DNA of 57,470 bases from Gammaproteobacteria bacterium (GTDB taxonomy: Bacteria; Pseudomonadota; Gammaproteobacteria; JABDGN01), in assembly GCA_034110705.1 (NCBI GenBank), contig JAWUYR010000028.1, positions 1 through 57,470 on the forward strand. Direction: 5' to 3'. Made by a program: the position numbers and the translations under genes. The notes below the pieces were generated by a model, which was given only the letters and a program-made list of their open reading frames with translations, did no database searches and was not told the origin of the DNA. Position 1 is the stretch's first letter; each line of letters opens with the position of its first letter. Of this stretch, positions 11,869-21,815 are shown one piece after another.

Positions 11869-13152
11869 TGGCAAGATGATCGTAAAGATAGAACCTTCAT
11901 TTTCTGCTGGTGAGGCTTGTATCGTACCGCCATGTCGTTGAATAATATTATAAGACAATGAAAGCCCAAGCCCCACACCATTTTCTTTGGTGCTCACAAA
12001 AGGAAGAAATAGTTTTTTCGCAATATCAGGTTGAATCCCTTCTCCTGAGTCCTCAACTTCCATAATGACTTTGTCTTTTCCGACGATTGCTGTACGAATA
12101 ATTAAAGAGTGCCTACTATGTTCAATTACAACCATTGATTCAAGTGCATTTTTTATCAAGTTAACCAACACTAACTCAAGCTGAGTGTGATTGCCCATAA
12201 CCTTTGGTGAACGTGGGTCTAGTTTAAGTTGTAATTTTATACGTGCTTCATTCAAACCATCTTCCATTAAACGTATCACGTTTTGAATCAGCTGATTCAA
12301 GTCAGTAGGCTCTTCTTTTATCTCCTCTTCGCAAAGAAAGTCTTTCAAGGTATGAATAATATCACCTGCACGCTGAGCCTGTTCAGAGCTTTTGCTTAAG
12401 GCTTCATAAATCTCGCTCGATAAATTTTCACCATACATTTTTTTTAGCCTACGCTGACATGCCTGGGTATAAATTTTTACCGCACTTAAAGGTTGATTTA
12501 ATTCATGAGCCACAGCCATAATCGCTTCTTTTATCGAATTCTTACGAGATAAATAGGCAAGGCTTTCTTTTTCCTGCTCAATAAATTTAGTATATATGCG
12601 TTCTTGTTTAACGTTGCGATTACGCCGGTTTGATAAAATCAATCCTAAAATCATGCCTAAGATATACCATGGTAATGCCGCTTGTACATCCGCAGGAATA
12701 AAAACCTTACCCGATTGCAAGAAAAATAAAATGGCGGCAGCTCCAATACCAAAAACTTGTAATAAAATAATCAACAAAGTATCTGATATCATGGCAAAAA
12801 CGGTTATTAACATAATCATTTCGCCAAGCTCATAACCGCTATCATGCGGATTAACAAGTAAATTATAAGAAAAATTAAAAGGGAAAATTAAAATAAGAAA
12901 CAAATACCAAACAATAACTAAAGAATGAAGTTTAAGCTTATTTTTGGAAAACAGTAATACCACACATGCAAGTGTACAAGTGAGATCTAGCCACAATTGC
13001 TCGGTTCTAGGCATTACAATATAAAAAACGGGGAACGCAACAAGACCCAATAATGCCATTGGGGTTGCAAAATGAAGTGTCGTTCTCAAGTTAAATGCTA
13101 AATAACTTGTGAGTTTAAATAATAAAGTTTGAAGCCCTTTTTTAGTACGCAT
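11860..13152 (-). CDS. Membrane sensor histidine kinase with a CqsS/LqsS-like 6-TM input domain and no receiver domain
   Basis: N-terminus GLVAFPVFYIV...WYLFLILIFPFNFSYNLLVN...SDT..II resembles the CqsS/LqsS sensor. H-box AHELNQPL, N-box NLIKNA, G boxes DSGEGI and GVGLGLS. Confidence 0.8.
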   Translation of the reverse strand: MRTKKGLQTLLFKLTSYLAFNLRTTLHFATPMALLGLVAFPVFYIVMPRTEQLWLDLTCTLACVVLLFSKNKLKLHSLVIVWYLFLILIFPFNFSYNLLVNPHDSGYELGEMIMLITVFAMISDTLLIILLQVFGIGAAAILFFLQSGKVFIPADVQAALPWYILGMILGLILSNRRNRNVKQERIYTKFIEQEKESLAYLSRKNSIKEAIMAVAHELNQPLSAVKIYTQACQRRLKKMYGENLSSEIYEALSKSSEQAQRAGDIIHTLKDFLCEEEIKEEPTDLNQLIQNVIRLMEDGLNEARIKLQLKLDPRSPKVMGNHTQLELVLVNLIKNALESMVVIEHSRHSLIIRTAIVGKDKVIMEVEDSGEGIQPDIAKKLFLPFVSTKENGVGLGLSLSYNIIQRHGGTIQASPAENEGSIFTIILPLN

Positions 13153-13246
13153 AGTCCTTTATTCTTGATTAAAATATAAACAATACTCTACCGCTATTAA
13201 AGAACATTTACTAGGCTAAAAGACCCCTAGGTGTTTCTACCATGGC

Positions 13247-14144
13247 TTACTTTTTCAAGATCTTCTCTAACAAAGCAACAATTTTCGTTCGTGGGTAGCT
13301 TTGTCGATAAGCCAAGGCGATTTCTCGCACCGGCTGTTCACCGGCGAAGGGTTTGCTCACCAAGTAATCGTCGGCATATTGATTAATATTTAAAGCAGAT
13401 TCTGGCATAACTGAAATACCAAGGCCGGAAGCAACCATATGGCGAATAGTCTCTAATGAACCGCCTTCCAACATCTTCTCTTCATCACTGATGGCTTTAG
13501 CATTAATGCCGCAGCGTGGACAAGCCCGTAAGACATCATCACGAAAACAATGGCCTTCACCTAGTAACAATACAGCTTCATCATTTAGCATTTCTGGCTT
13601 AATACTGTCTTTCTGCGCCCAAGCATGCTCGGCCGGCATAATAACTTTCAAAGTCTCTTGATATAACGGCTGCACGGTTACACCATTAATTTCATAGGGC
13701 AAAGCAACGATGATGACATCTAGCTTACCTTGCAATAAATTCTTCGTTAAATTTTTGGTGTAATCTTCGCGAATAATAAGCGGCATATTTGGCGCTTGTT
13801 TACTTAAGGCAGGGATCAACGTGGGTAACACGTAAGGGCCAACGGTATAAATCGCACCGAGGCGCAGAATATCGTTAAACTCATCTTGCGATTGCTTAGC
13901 AAGCTCTTTAACTTCAGCCGCTTGGTCTAAAGTGCTTTGTGCTTGCTGAATAATTTTTTTACCGATGGGTGTAATCAGCACTTCTGTTTTTTGTCGCTCA
14001 AAGATTAAAATATCCAACTCTTCTTCTAATTTTTTTATCGCAACACTTAACGTCTGGTTGACTGACAAAACATCTCTCGGCAGCACGGCCAAAATTGCGC
14101 TCTTGAGCAACAGCGACAATATATTTAAGCTCGGTTAAGGTCAT
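13247..14144 (-). pseudogene. oxyR: H2O2-responsive LysR regulator OxyR, frameshifted in the HTH
   Basis: ATG at 14144 gives MTLTELKYIVAVAQERNFGRAAERCFVSQP. One extra base near 14056 precedes TLSVAIKKLEEEL. Redox motif GHCFRDDVLRAC and GGSLETIRHMVASGLG are present. Confidence 0.85.
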
Positions 14145-14698
14145 GAGACTTTCCTTATTATGCTGTCGAATTTTTCTTTGCGTAACGTAACTTGTGCATT
14201 AGTCGCAGCATTGATAGAGCCAAACGGCCCTACTTGTACTCGATACCAAACAGTTCCTGTTGAAGTGATTTTTTTCACTTGTACATTATAACCATTAAGT
14301 ATGAGTTTGGCTTTCATGGTATCGGCATCGCTGAAGTTTTTCAGTGAAGCCACTTGTAAAATATAACGAATTTGTTCTTGCGGCTGCTGAACGGTACCTG
14401 TGTTGACGGTAGGTAAATTATCATTTTCTTTTGGTAACAAATTGTAAAATTCGAACTTTATTTTAGGTATTATGGGTTTTTTCTTTACTGGATTTTTCTT
14501 TTTTTCTACCTTAACAGAAACAACCTTCATACTTTGCTTTTTACTACTAAGCTGACTCAACCAGTACAACCCACTAACAAATACAACGATTAATAAAACC
14601 ACGACTAACCACATAACAATAGGTTTTTTACCAGAGCTCTTTTTCTTTTTGCTCTTCTTTTTTTTATTCGCGCTGTAGGATTTATAATCTTTCGACAT
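14141..14698 (-). CDS. SPOR-domain cell division protein (FtsN-like)
   Basis: Basic N-tail, one TM, FEFYNLLP, C-terminal SPOR domain (LQVASL..A...WYRVQVGPF). Start overlaps the argS stop (TAATG). Confidence 0.85.
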   Translation of the reverse strand: MSKDYKSYSANKKKKSKKKKSSGKKPIVMWLVVVLLIVVFVSGLYWLSQLSSKKQSMKVVSVKVEKKKNPVKKKPIIPKIKFEFYNLLPKENDNLPTVNTGTVQQPQEQIRYILQVASLKNFSDADTMKAKLILNGYNVQVKKITSTGTVWYRVQVGPFGSINAATNAQVTLRKEKFDSIIRKVS

Positions 14699-16461
14699 TA
14701 CATTTCTTCCGGGGCACTCACCCCCAACAAACCTAGCCCATTGGCAATGACTTGTTGTACGGCACAAATAAGATTTAAACGCGCTTGACGCAATGCAGCA
14801 TCCTCTACAATGAATTGCTGACTATTATAATAACTATGGAACTCATTAGCTAATTGACGCAAATAATGCACTAATTGATGCGGCTCGTAATTGATTGCTG
14901 CCGTTTCAAGTAAGTTTGGATAATGATTGATGGTTTTTAATAACTGACGCTCAGCTTCTTCAGTGAGTAAGCTTAAATGCTCTAACCCCTCTCCAACACT
15001 CCAACTAATGCCTTTATCAATTAATTGACGCAAAACACTCGCTACCCTAGCGTGTGCATATTGAATATAATAAACGGGATTTTCATTACTTTTAGAAATG
15101 GCTAATTCTAGATCAAAATCCATCGCTTGATCGCCTTTCCGCATCACATAAAAAAAGCGAGCCGCATCATTACCAACTTCTTGGCGTAATTGACGCAACG
15201 TAATGAACTCACCACTACGAGTCGACATCGCAACTCTTTCTGTGCCGCGGAATAAGCTAACAAATTGAATTAACGGGGCGCTTAAAGCATCAGCCCTGCC
15301 AGAGAACGCCTGCATCGCAGCTTTAACACGCGGCACATAACCATGATGATCAGCACCAAGTACATCGATCACCTCATCAAAACCGCGCTCTAGCTTAGTA
15401 AGATGATAGGCAATATCATTGGCAAAATAGGTACGAGCACCATTGGCACGCTGAATCACACGATCTTTGTCATCACCAAAATCTGTGCTCTTAAACCACA
15501 AAGCGCCTTCATGCTTATACAAATAGTCTTTTTCTTGTAATACCTCGATAGCATGATCAATAGCACCATTATCAACTAATTGTTGCTCTGAGAACCAATC
15601 TTGATAGTTCCCACCGAACTCGCTCAAATCTTGTTGGATATCACTTAAAATCGTCTCTAAAGCTAAGCTAAATATCGGCTGGTACTCATCGCCTAACAAT
15701 TGTTTGGCATTAGCGATTAAGCCATCAATATGTTTTTCTTTATCTCCACTGCCGTCAGCTTGCGCATCTTGCACTACGTTTTGAAAAACCGCATTCACTT
15801 CACGATTCAATTGCTCGGCTTTTTGTTGATGCACTACCTTAGCAATATCAATAACGTATTCACCTTGATAACCATTACGCGGAAAATCAAAGGTTGCCCC
15901 AAGAAGCTTTAAATAACGTAACCAAACACTGGTGGTCAAAATATGCATTTGTCGGCCAGCGTCGTTAACATAATACTCACGGTGTACTTGGTAACCCACA
16001 GCTGCCAGCATATTAGCCAAGGAAGCTCCGTAAGCAGCACTGCGACCATGACCAACATGCAGCGGCCCGGTAGGATTAGCCGAAACATATTCTATATGCA
16101 GCTTGGTACCAGCATGTGCCGTGCTATGCCCATATTGAGTTTTCTGTGCTAAAACCTCAGCGATACACTGCTGTGCCACTGTAGCTGCGAGAAAGAAATT
16201 GATAAATCCAGGGCCGGCTATTTCGACTTTAGTGATATTGGAGTCTTTAGGTAATTGAGCGACAATAAGCTCCGCTAGATCACGAGGTTTCATTTTAGCC
16301 ACTTTTGCTAACATTAAAGCCATGTTCGAGGCGTAATCACCATTTTTGCCTTCTATTGTTCGCTCAACATGAACAATAGCCGGGACAGCTTCTGGTAAAA
16401 CATTTTGTTGTTGTAATTGGGCAATAGCTTGAGCTAAATGCACTTGAATTGTCGACTTCAT
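14698..16461 (-). CDS. argS: Arginine--tRNA ligase
   Basis: AGPGFINF, SANPTGPLHVGHGR (HIGH), YYIQYAHAR, LGVSAPEEM. Confidence 0.98.
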   Translation of the reverse strand: MKSTIQVHLAQAIAQLQQQNVLPEAVPAIVHVERTIEGKNGDYASNMALMLAKVAKMKPRDLAELIVAQLPKDSNITKVEIAGPGFINFFLAATVAQQCIAEVLAQKTQYGHSTAHAGTKLHIEYVSANPTGPLHVGHGRSAAYGASLANMLAAVGYQVHREYYVNDAGRQMHILTTSVWLRYLKLLGATFDFPRNGYQGEYVIDIAKVVHQQKAEQLNREVNAVFQNVVQDAQADGSGDKEKHIDGLIANAKQLLGDEYQPIFSLALETILSDIQQDLSEFGGNYQDWFSEQQLVDNGAIDHAIEVLQEKDYLYKHEGALWFKSTDFGDDKDRVIQRANGARTYFANDIAYHLTKLERGFDEVIDVLGADHHGYVPRVKAAMQAFSGRADALSAPLIQFVSLFRGTERVAMSTRSGEFITLRQLRQEVGNDAARFFYVMRKGDQAMDFDLELAISKSNENPVYYIQYAHARVASVLRQLIDKGISWSVGEGLEHLSLLTEEAERQLLKTINHYPNLLETAAINYEPHQLVHYLRQLANEFHSYYNSQQFIVEDAALRQARLNLICAVQQVIANGLGLLGVSAPEEM

Positions 16462-16537
16462 AATTTCCTCAATCGCTCCCAAACCCTAGAGAGTGCGAGC
16501 GAGGATACCGTTAATTTTGCCCCTTGTAAATCTTTTA

Positions 16538-17107
16538 CTATTCATATGTCGGCTGCTCGGGCGTATACTTGGGCGGAGGTTCTACGTTATGATCCCTGGG
16601 CTCTTCATGATCCCCGCCATAACCAGATGTAAAGCCACCACTCGTCGTTGTTCCTGTTGTTGTAGGAGCTTTTGTGTCAGTACCAGAAGGGTCACCTTCA
16701 ACTAGCGGAGGCTCCGTTATATGTGTAATATGCCCGTTAAGACCTCCTAATAACTGGCTTGTACCATCACCTCCTATTTCACTTACTAGCAGATCACTGA
16801 GCTTAGTGCTCATCTCCGCTCGAATCGCACCTATATTATCTTTGGTTTGCTGTAATCCAATAAGTCTTTAACGGCAGTCGCTGGGGTGACAGCCTCTAAT
16901 TGTTTTTGCAAATCCTGTGCTTTGACAATGGTGCTGGTTAAAGAATCTTCTGCTGGGATTAAGGCGCTAATCACTGGCGCCTTAACAGAGGTAGAAGGTG
17001 TACTCAATGGTAGAATAGATGAGTCTATCGATACGTTATTTGCAATAACTTGTTTTAACAACAACCGTAAGCACAAGCAAAATTATTGTTAGCTTTATGA
17101 TATCCAT
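16538..17107 (-). pseudogene. Degraded signal-peptide protein of the acidic His/Pro-tail family (two frameshifts)
   Basis: MDIIKLTIILLVLTVVV from ATG 17107 joins KQVIANNVS.. after a shift in an A-run near 17057. A second shift near 16860 leads to the tail GHITHITEPPLV...DHNVEPPPKYTPEQPTYE. Confidence 0.6.
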
Positions 17108-17233
17108 ATCTTTATTTTCCATTTCCTCATGTTGTGCTAGCTTAGTATTATTTATCGGCTATTCTTTACCTTAAATGTTATAGCATTAATTGTTCGCATC
17201 TCGGCTATCGTTATCCAACCTCTTACCCTCAAT

Positions 17234-18634
17234 CTACTCTGATGGAGTCTCAGGCTGCTCTGGTGGAGGAATCACATGATCTGGGTCATCAGTGTCGCCA
17301 TGATCGACAGGATTATCAATAGGTGTTCCCAAATGCGTTTGGTCTGTAGTAGAGCCTGCAGTCGTTACTGTGGTAGTAGGAGTTCCATCGACAGGACTCT
17401 CTGTATGTGTTGTCACCACGCCTCCTGGAGAACCTAGCGTTTCAGGCACTTTTGCTGGTGGAGATTCACTATCTATAGTTGTATTGATTTCTCCAACCGC
17501 GCTATCTGTATCATTAAGCTGGGATTGTAGTGCATTCAAGATTTCCTCGTCCGTTGATGGCAATAAATTTCTCAGTCCTGGTATTGCTCGGCCAAATTTG
17601 TGCACGTCAGCCACAATAGAAGCCCAACGAGAACGTCCAGAAATCCTTGTGCTGGTGTTTATTATTTTCTCACCAATGGCTTTCAAGTTTTCGATTTGTG
17701 AATCTAACGAATCGACTCCGTAAGTATGGTTTGTCTCCCAACGCCCATCCTCAATCTGTAATGCACCTACCCCGGTAAGCTTATCTGTTAATGCTTGTAA
17801 ATCCGCAACCGTGCTATTATAGTGCTCTACTGCTTCATTAATCTTATCAGTACTACCAGCCGGAGCCTCAATAGGCTCAAGCTCGAGTGAGTCTGCATAA
17901 GCTCGAAAGAGTGTGGGGTTACTTTTTTGAAGTTCTAATGTCTTCACTAATGCCTCCCCAGGAACTCCATTTTTGAGCTTCTCTAGACTATTAATCCCCC
18001 TTATCTGATCTTTATAAGAGTCTATGTTCGTTAGCAATTTACCCAGTCGTGCAGAATCAGTATCATCATTATCTGCTTTGATACTGGCGTCTAAATCTTC
18101 TGCCTCTTTCAAAAGACCATTAAGCTCAGTGAGCGCATTCGGGACCTCTGCCGTTAAGCCATCTAAAGCTTGAAGGTAAGCACTAACCTTGGTCGGTGAA
18201 AATTTTACAATATCTTTTATTGTCAAGGAGCCCAACTCTGTAGAAACAACTTTTATTTGTTCAGAAATAGATTTTCTTTCACCTTCCTTAAAACCACTAT
18301 ACAAATCAATAGTTTTATTATAAGAAGCTTTGTAAGCCTCGGCATCAAAGCTATCCATAGTGCCCGCTTTGACCTTGGCTGCATCTATGGCGATTTTCCC
18401 CTCATATTGCTGAACAAGATTTTGGGCCATCTCGTATATTTCTGGCGTCACCTCAGCCGACAAAGGAGACCGAGTGCTTGCCGCAACGTGTACTGTGTTT
18501 GTACCTCCAAAACTCACCCCTTTTTTAACGGGGGCATCTGAAGATGCAGGAGTTGGGGCGGCTATTGCCGCTCCACCCCAGACCAACCCTAATGCCATCA
18601 CTAGTATTGTTAATTTATTTTTATTCATGTTCAT
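17234..18634 (-). CDS. Hypothetical exported alpha-helical protein with acidic His/Pro-rich C-tail
   Basis: 466-aa ORF with a Sec signal (..LGLVWGGAAIA|AP) and tail ETLGSPGGVVTTHTESPV...DHVIPPPEQPETPSE. Confidence 0.8.
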   Translation of the reverse strand: MNMNKNKLTILVMALGLVWGGAAIAAPTPASSDAPVKKGVSFGGTNTVHVAASTRSPLSAEVTPEIYEMAQNLVQQYEGKIAIDAAKVKAGTMDSFDAEAYKASYNKTIDLYSGFKEGERKSISEQIKVVSTELGSLTIKDIVKFSPTKVSAYLQALDGLTAEVPNALTELNGLLKEAEDLDASIKADNDDTDSARLGKLLTNIDSYKDQIRGINSLEKLKNGVPGEALVKTLELQKSNPTLFRAYADSLELEPIEAPAGSTDKINEAVEHYNSTVADLQALTDKLTGVGALQIEDGRWETNHTYGVDSLDSQIENLKAIGEKIINTSTRISGRSRWASIVADVHKFGRAIPGLRNLLPSTDEEILNALQSQLNDTDSAVGEINTTIDSESPPAKVPETLGSPGGVVTTHTESPVDGTPTTTVTTAGSTTDQTHLGTPIDNPVDHGDTDDPDHVIPPPEQPETPSE

Positions 18635-18655
18635 TGCTTCCTACTAGATTAGTTT

Positions 18656-19471
18656 CTAGATATTTTCATCAGGTTCAACAGGCTCAGGCTCATCCACAGG
18701 CTCCACTCCATGAGTATACTCACCATCTCGATCTATAGGATGCACATCTGTTGTGGGATCAGTTCCACTAGATCCTTTAGGATGAACGACAGGTGCCTTC
18801 TCCGTGTTCTCTGTAACACCACCACTCGCCGTTGGTGCCTCCAAGGTCTCATCACCACCCTTCCCAGAATTCTCTACTTTTTCAGCCAATTGGGCTATTC
18901 TTTTTTGTCTAATTACTGCCGCCTTAGCTACCTGCTCTCTTGCCTTAAGATTAACTTCCAGACTAGTAAGCTGGTCTTTTGTCAATTTCATCTTATCTCC
19001 CCAAATCCTTTCAGATATACGAGATATTACTTTGCCCATTTTTATCGCTTTCCATGCACCAGCAAAACTTTTTTCATATTCAGGCTCATTTATTCCCAAA
19101 GCAGCCCTAGCCTCTGTCTCGCTATAACCTGCGTCTTCCATGGCCTTAGCACCTTCTAATCGGGTCATTTTGCTTTTTGGCTTCGCTATCTTATCTAGAC
19201 TTGTTTTAGCAGCATCAGCTATCTTTTGATTCTCCATTATTTTATCTATAGCCTCTTTAAACTCTCCTCCATGACCCTCAGTATCAGCTTCACGGAGCTC
19301 ATCCTCATAAATGTTGGCATTCGGACTATTGTTCGTTTTAAGGTTCTGCATGATCTCGGCAAAAGTAGAGTTTACATTAGGTGGTGGAGTAGAAGAATCC
19401 GCCGACGTTGCAATGACATTGCTGTTAAACGTGAAAATTAAAATGCAGATTACAAAAAATATACGAAACAT
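18656..19471 (-). CDS. Hypothetical exported protein with acidic His/Pro-rich C-tail
   Basis: 271-aa ORF with signal peptide (..NSNVIA), GAGG RBS and tail ETLEAPTASGGVTENTEKAPV...THGVEPVDEPEP. Confidence 0.8.
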   Translation of the reverse strand: MFRIFFVICILIFTFNSNVIATSADSSTPPPNVNSTFAEIMQNLKTNNSPNANIYEDELREADTEGHGGEFKEAIDKIMENQKIADAAKTSLDKIAKPKSKMTRLEGAKAMEDAGYSETEARAALGINEPEYEKSFAGAWKAIKMGKVISRISERIWGDKMKLTKDQLTSLEVNLKAREQVAKAAVIRQKRIAQLAEKVENSGKGGDETLEAPTASGGVTENTEKAPVVHPKGSSGTDPTTDVHPIDRDGEYTHGVEPVDEPEPVEPDENI

Positions 19472-19591
19472 TATTCTTCCTCTTGTTTATTAACTGTCTT
19501 CCATGTCACTTCTTTCTGTTATTGTGAAGTGTTTTTTAAGTATAGTTGCTGTTGCTGATTTCTGCTGTTAACTTTTAACTAATTTTGTTGT

Positions 19592-20014
19592 TTAAGCGCC
19601 CATAACGGTAAATTGTACGTTGAGAAGATTGTCAGTTATTGAGTTTATTAAGTTGCCTGTGACTGTTGTAATTAACATGTCGACAACCGGCGCTCCGACT
19701 AGCAAAACTTGTGGGTTACCAGAGATAATTTTTTGTGGCCCAACGATAGTGCCATCATCAACCCCACCTATAGGAGCAGGACCGATAGGATCGGTTAAAG
19801 GTGTAACCCCAATTATTGCCAGCATACTTGCTGCTGGCAAGGCTTCAAATAAAACATTGATTACAGGAGCCACGTTTAGGGTGTACATCCCTATATTCAT
19901 TTGTGGAATTGGGGTGGGGACAGGTGCTGGCCCAACGGGCACAAGGTTAATAATAACATCAATTGGCCCTGGGGTCTGGTTCATACTCGGAGCTGAGTTG
20001 CCGAAAAATCCCAT
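19592..20014 (-). CDS. PAAR-like DUF4150 spike-tip protein (TagD-like)
   Basis: 'DV....P.GP.PVP.PIP..N', 'GGV..GTI.GP' and 'G...VL..GAP' patterns; position after the DUF3540 gene. Confidence 0.7.
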   Translation of the reverse strand: MGFFGNSAPSMNQTPGPIDVIINLVPVGPAPVPTPIPQMNIGMYTLNVAPVINVLFEALPAASMLAIIGVTPLTDPIGPAPIGGVDDGTIVGPQKIISGNPQVLLVGAPVVDMLITTVTGNLINSITDNLLNVQFTVMGA

Positions 20015-20025
20015 AGTGTATCTCC

Positions 20026-20688
20026 TTATCCTAAATGTACTTGTTCAGCGTCAATTTTGACATCTTGCTCAGCAAAAATGTCGGCGTATTCACAGTCAAG
20101 ACGATAGTCTTGCTGAACAAGCGTCTGAACGCGGCCAATCACTTCATGTTGTAAATCAGCAAGTTGGCTGAAGCTACGTTCAGCCTGTAAATGTGTGCTC
20201 TCGGTTACCGTTTCTAATAATTCTGTCTGTGTGTTTATATGCCGGACAGATTGTTGCAAAAAGTCACCTTTGTAGTGCCAGTGTGTGATCTCAGCTTTGC
20301 CTTTAGCAGCATACAAAGATAGCTCTGGACTGGTCAGTGACAAGTGTTGTTCGGCTTGTAACTCTAGATGCTCTGCTGTAATAACCGATGCATTTTCGTC
20401 GGTGTGAATAGCAAGATGTTTACTGAATTGAAATGTTTGTTCTGCACTAGCTTGTTCTAAAACAGCCAAGATATAGGGTGCTGATTCGGCCAATGCTACG
20501 ACTAATACTTTATCGCCAATATTCGGCCGCAAAATACAACTCGCGGCTAATGTTGCATTGAGTCGCTCGTTTTGTATGCAAATTTGAAAACCGTGTTCGT
20601 TTATATGCTGTACTTCAGCCATTTGCAAAGCTTCTTGTTGAGGCATAAACGCTAATCCGTTAGATGACATAGATTGGACTGTTTTCAT
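20026..20688 (-). CDS. DUF3540 protein (TagC-like T6SS accessory)
   Basis: AASCILRPNIGDKVLV, YILAVLE, C-terminal DVKIDAEQVHLG. Confidence 0.85.
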   Translation of the reverse strand: MKTVQSMSSNGLAFMPQQEALQMAEVQHINEHGFQICIQNERLNATLAASCILRPNIGDKVLVVALAESAPYILAVLEQASAEQTFQFSKHLAIHTDENASVITAEHLELQAEQHLSLTSPELSLYAAKGKAEITHWHYKGDFLQQSVRHINTQTELLETVTESTHLQAERSFSQLADLQHEVIGRVQTLVQQDYRLDCEYADIFAEQDVKIDAEQVHLG

Positions 20689-20699
20689 GTTGTACTCCT

Positions 20700-21815
20700 T
20701 TATAAATCGGTCGCTGGCATTTGCCAGCCATTTGCTTCGGCATAGTTGTCTTTAGCAGCTCTGGCAAGCTCTTTGTTGCTGCCTTGCCAATAAACATTGG
20801 CTATTTTTTTGGCTTGTAGTTCTGCAAGGTATAAATTGCAATTACTGAAGTTTGTATCAATTAATATGCTATCGGTAAAGGTTGCGGTTGCAAGATCGGA
20901 ATGACCAAAGTTAGTGCCAGTACAATTTGCTTGTTGGCAATAGATGAATTGTGCAGAAATATTCTGCATGTTCGCATTGCTTAAATTGGCTTCTTTAAAT
21001 AAAACAGAGGTCAGTTTTGCATGTGAAAAATCGGCCTCACTTGCTTCGGCTTTAATAAAGTTAGCCGAGTATAAATCACAATACGAAAAGTTTGCTTTTG
21101 TTAGATTCGCTTGCATAAAATTAACTTGGCCCATTGCTTTGCATTGACTAAAGTTGGCACCATTCGCTTTTGTCTCTACCATCATCGTCGCTGTTAACCA
21201 GCAACCAGGGAAGCTCATGTTACTAACATTAGATTGCATTAAATTAGCTTTGGTTAGGTTAGTTTCACTAAAAATAGTGTTTTGTAAATCATGCTTTTTT
21301 AACACAGCTTGTAATAAGCTGGCTCGTGTAAAGTCAACTTGCTGCAATTTACAGTCATTAAATAGAGCTTGCTTTAACAATGCTTGTTGAAAGTTAGCTT
21401 GTTGTAAATCACATGTATGCCAACGAGCTTTGGCAGATTGACTGTCTATAAACGTTGCTTGCTTAAGATCACATTGATTAAAATTGGCTTGCTCTAAATG
21501 CGCATCGTTGAAATTAACCTCACTTAAGTCACAATCTATAAAACTTAGTTTTTCGCTCACAATTGCATTGAAATTGCTGTTGGCCAATATACAGTTACGA
21601 AATGAAGGCGACGTCTTTTGTAAGTGGTGCTCATCTCCGAAGGCCACAAAGTCAATGCCGCTAAAATCACTATCGCTAAGCTGAGCTTTTTCAATAACAC
21701 GGCCTAGCTTATATTGCTCTAGTACCTCGGCTACAGACATCTTTTTCAAGTCGTCAGTTTGCCCTGGCAGGCCATAGAACTTTAATAACTTATCCGTTAA
21801 GCTAGGTTCAGCCAT
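20700..21815 (-). CDS. Pentapeptide-repeat protein (TagB-like)
   Basis: Long run of A(N/D)(F/L)xx pentapeptide repeats. Confidence 0.9.
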   Translation of the reverse strand: MAEPSLTDKLLKFYGLPGQTDDLKKMSVAEVLEQYKLGRVIEKAQLSDSDFSGIDFVAFGDEHHLQKTSPSFRNCILANSNFNAIVSEKLSFIDCDLSEVNFNDAHLEQANFNQCDLKQATFIDSQSAKARWHTCDLQQANFQQALLKQALFNDCKLQQVDFTRASLLQAVLKKHDLQNTIFSETNLTKANLMQSNVSNMSFPGCWLTATMMVETKANGANFSQCKAMGQVNFMQANLTKANFSYCDLYSANFIKAEASEADFSHAKLTSVLFKEANLSNANMQNISAQFIYCQQANCTGTNFGHSDLATATFTDSILIDTNFSNCNLYLAELQAKKIANVYWQGSNKELARAAKDNYAEANGWQMPATDL

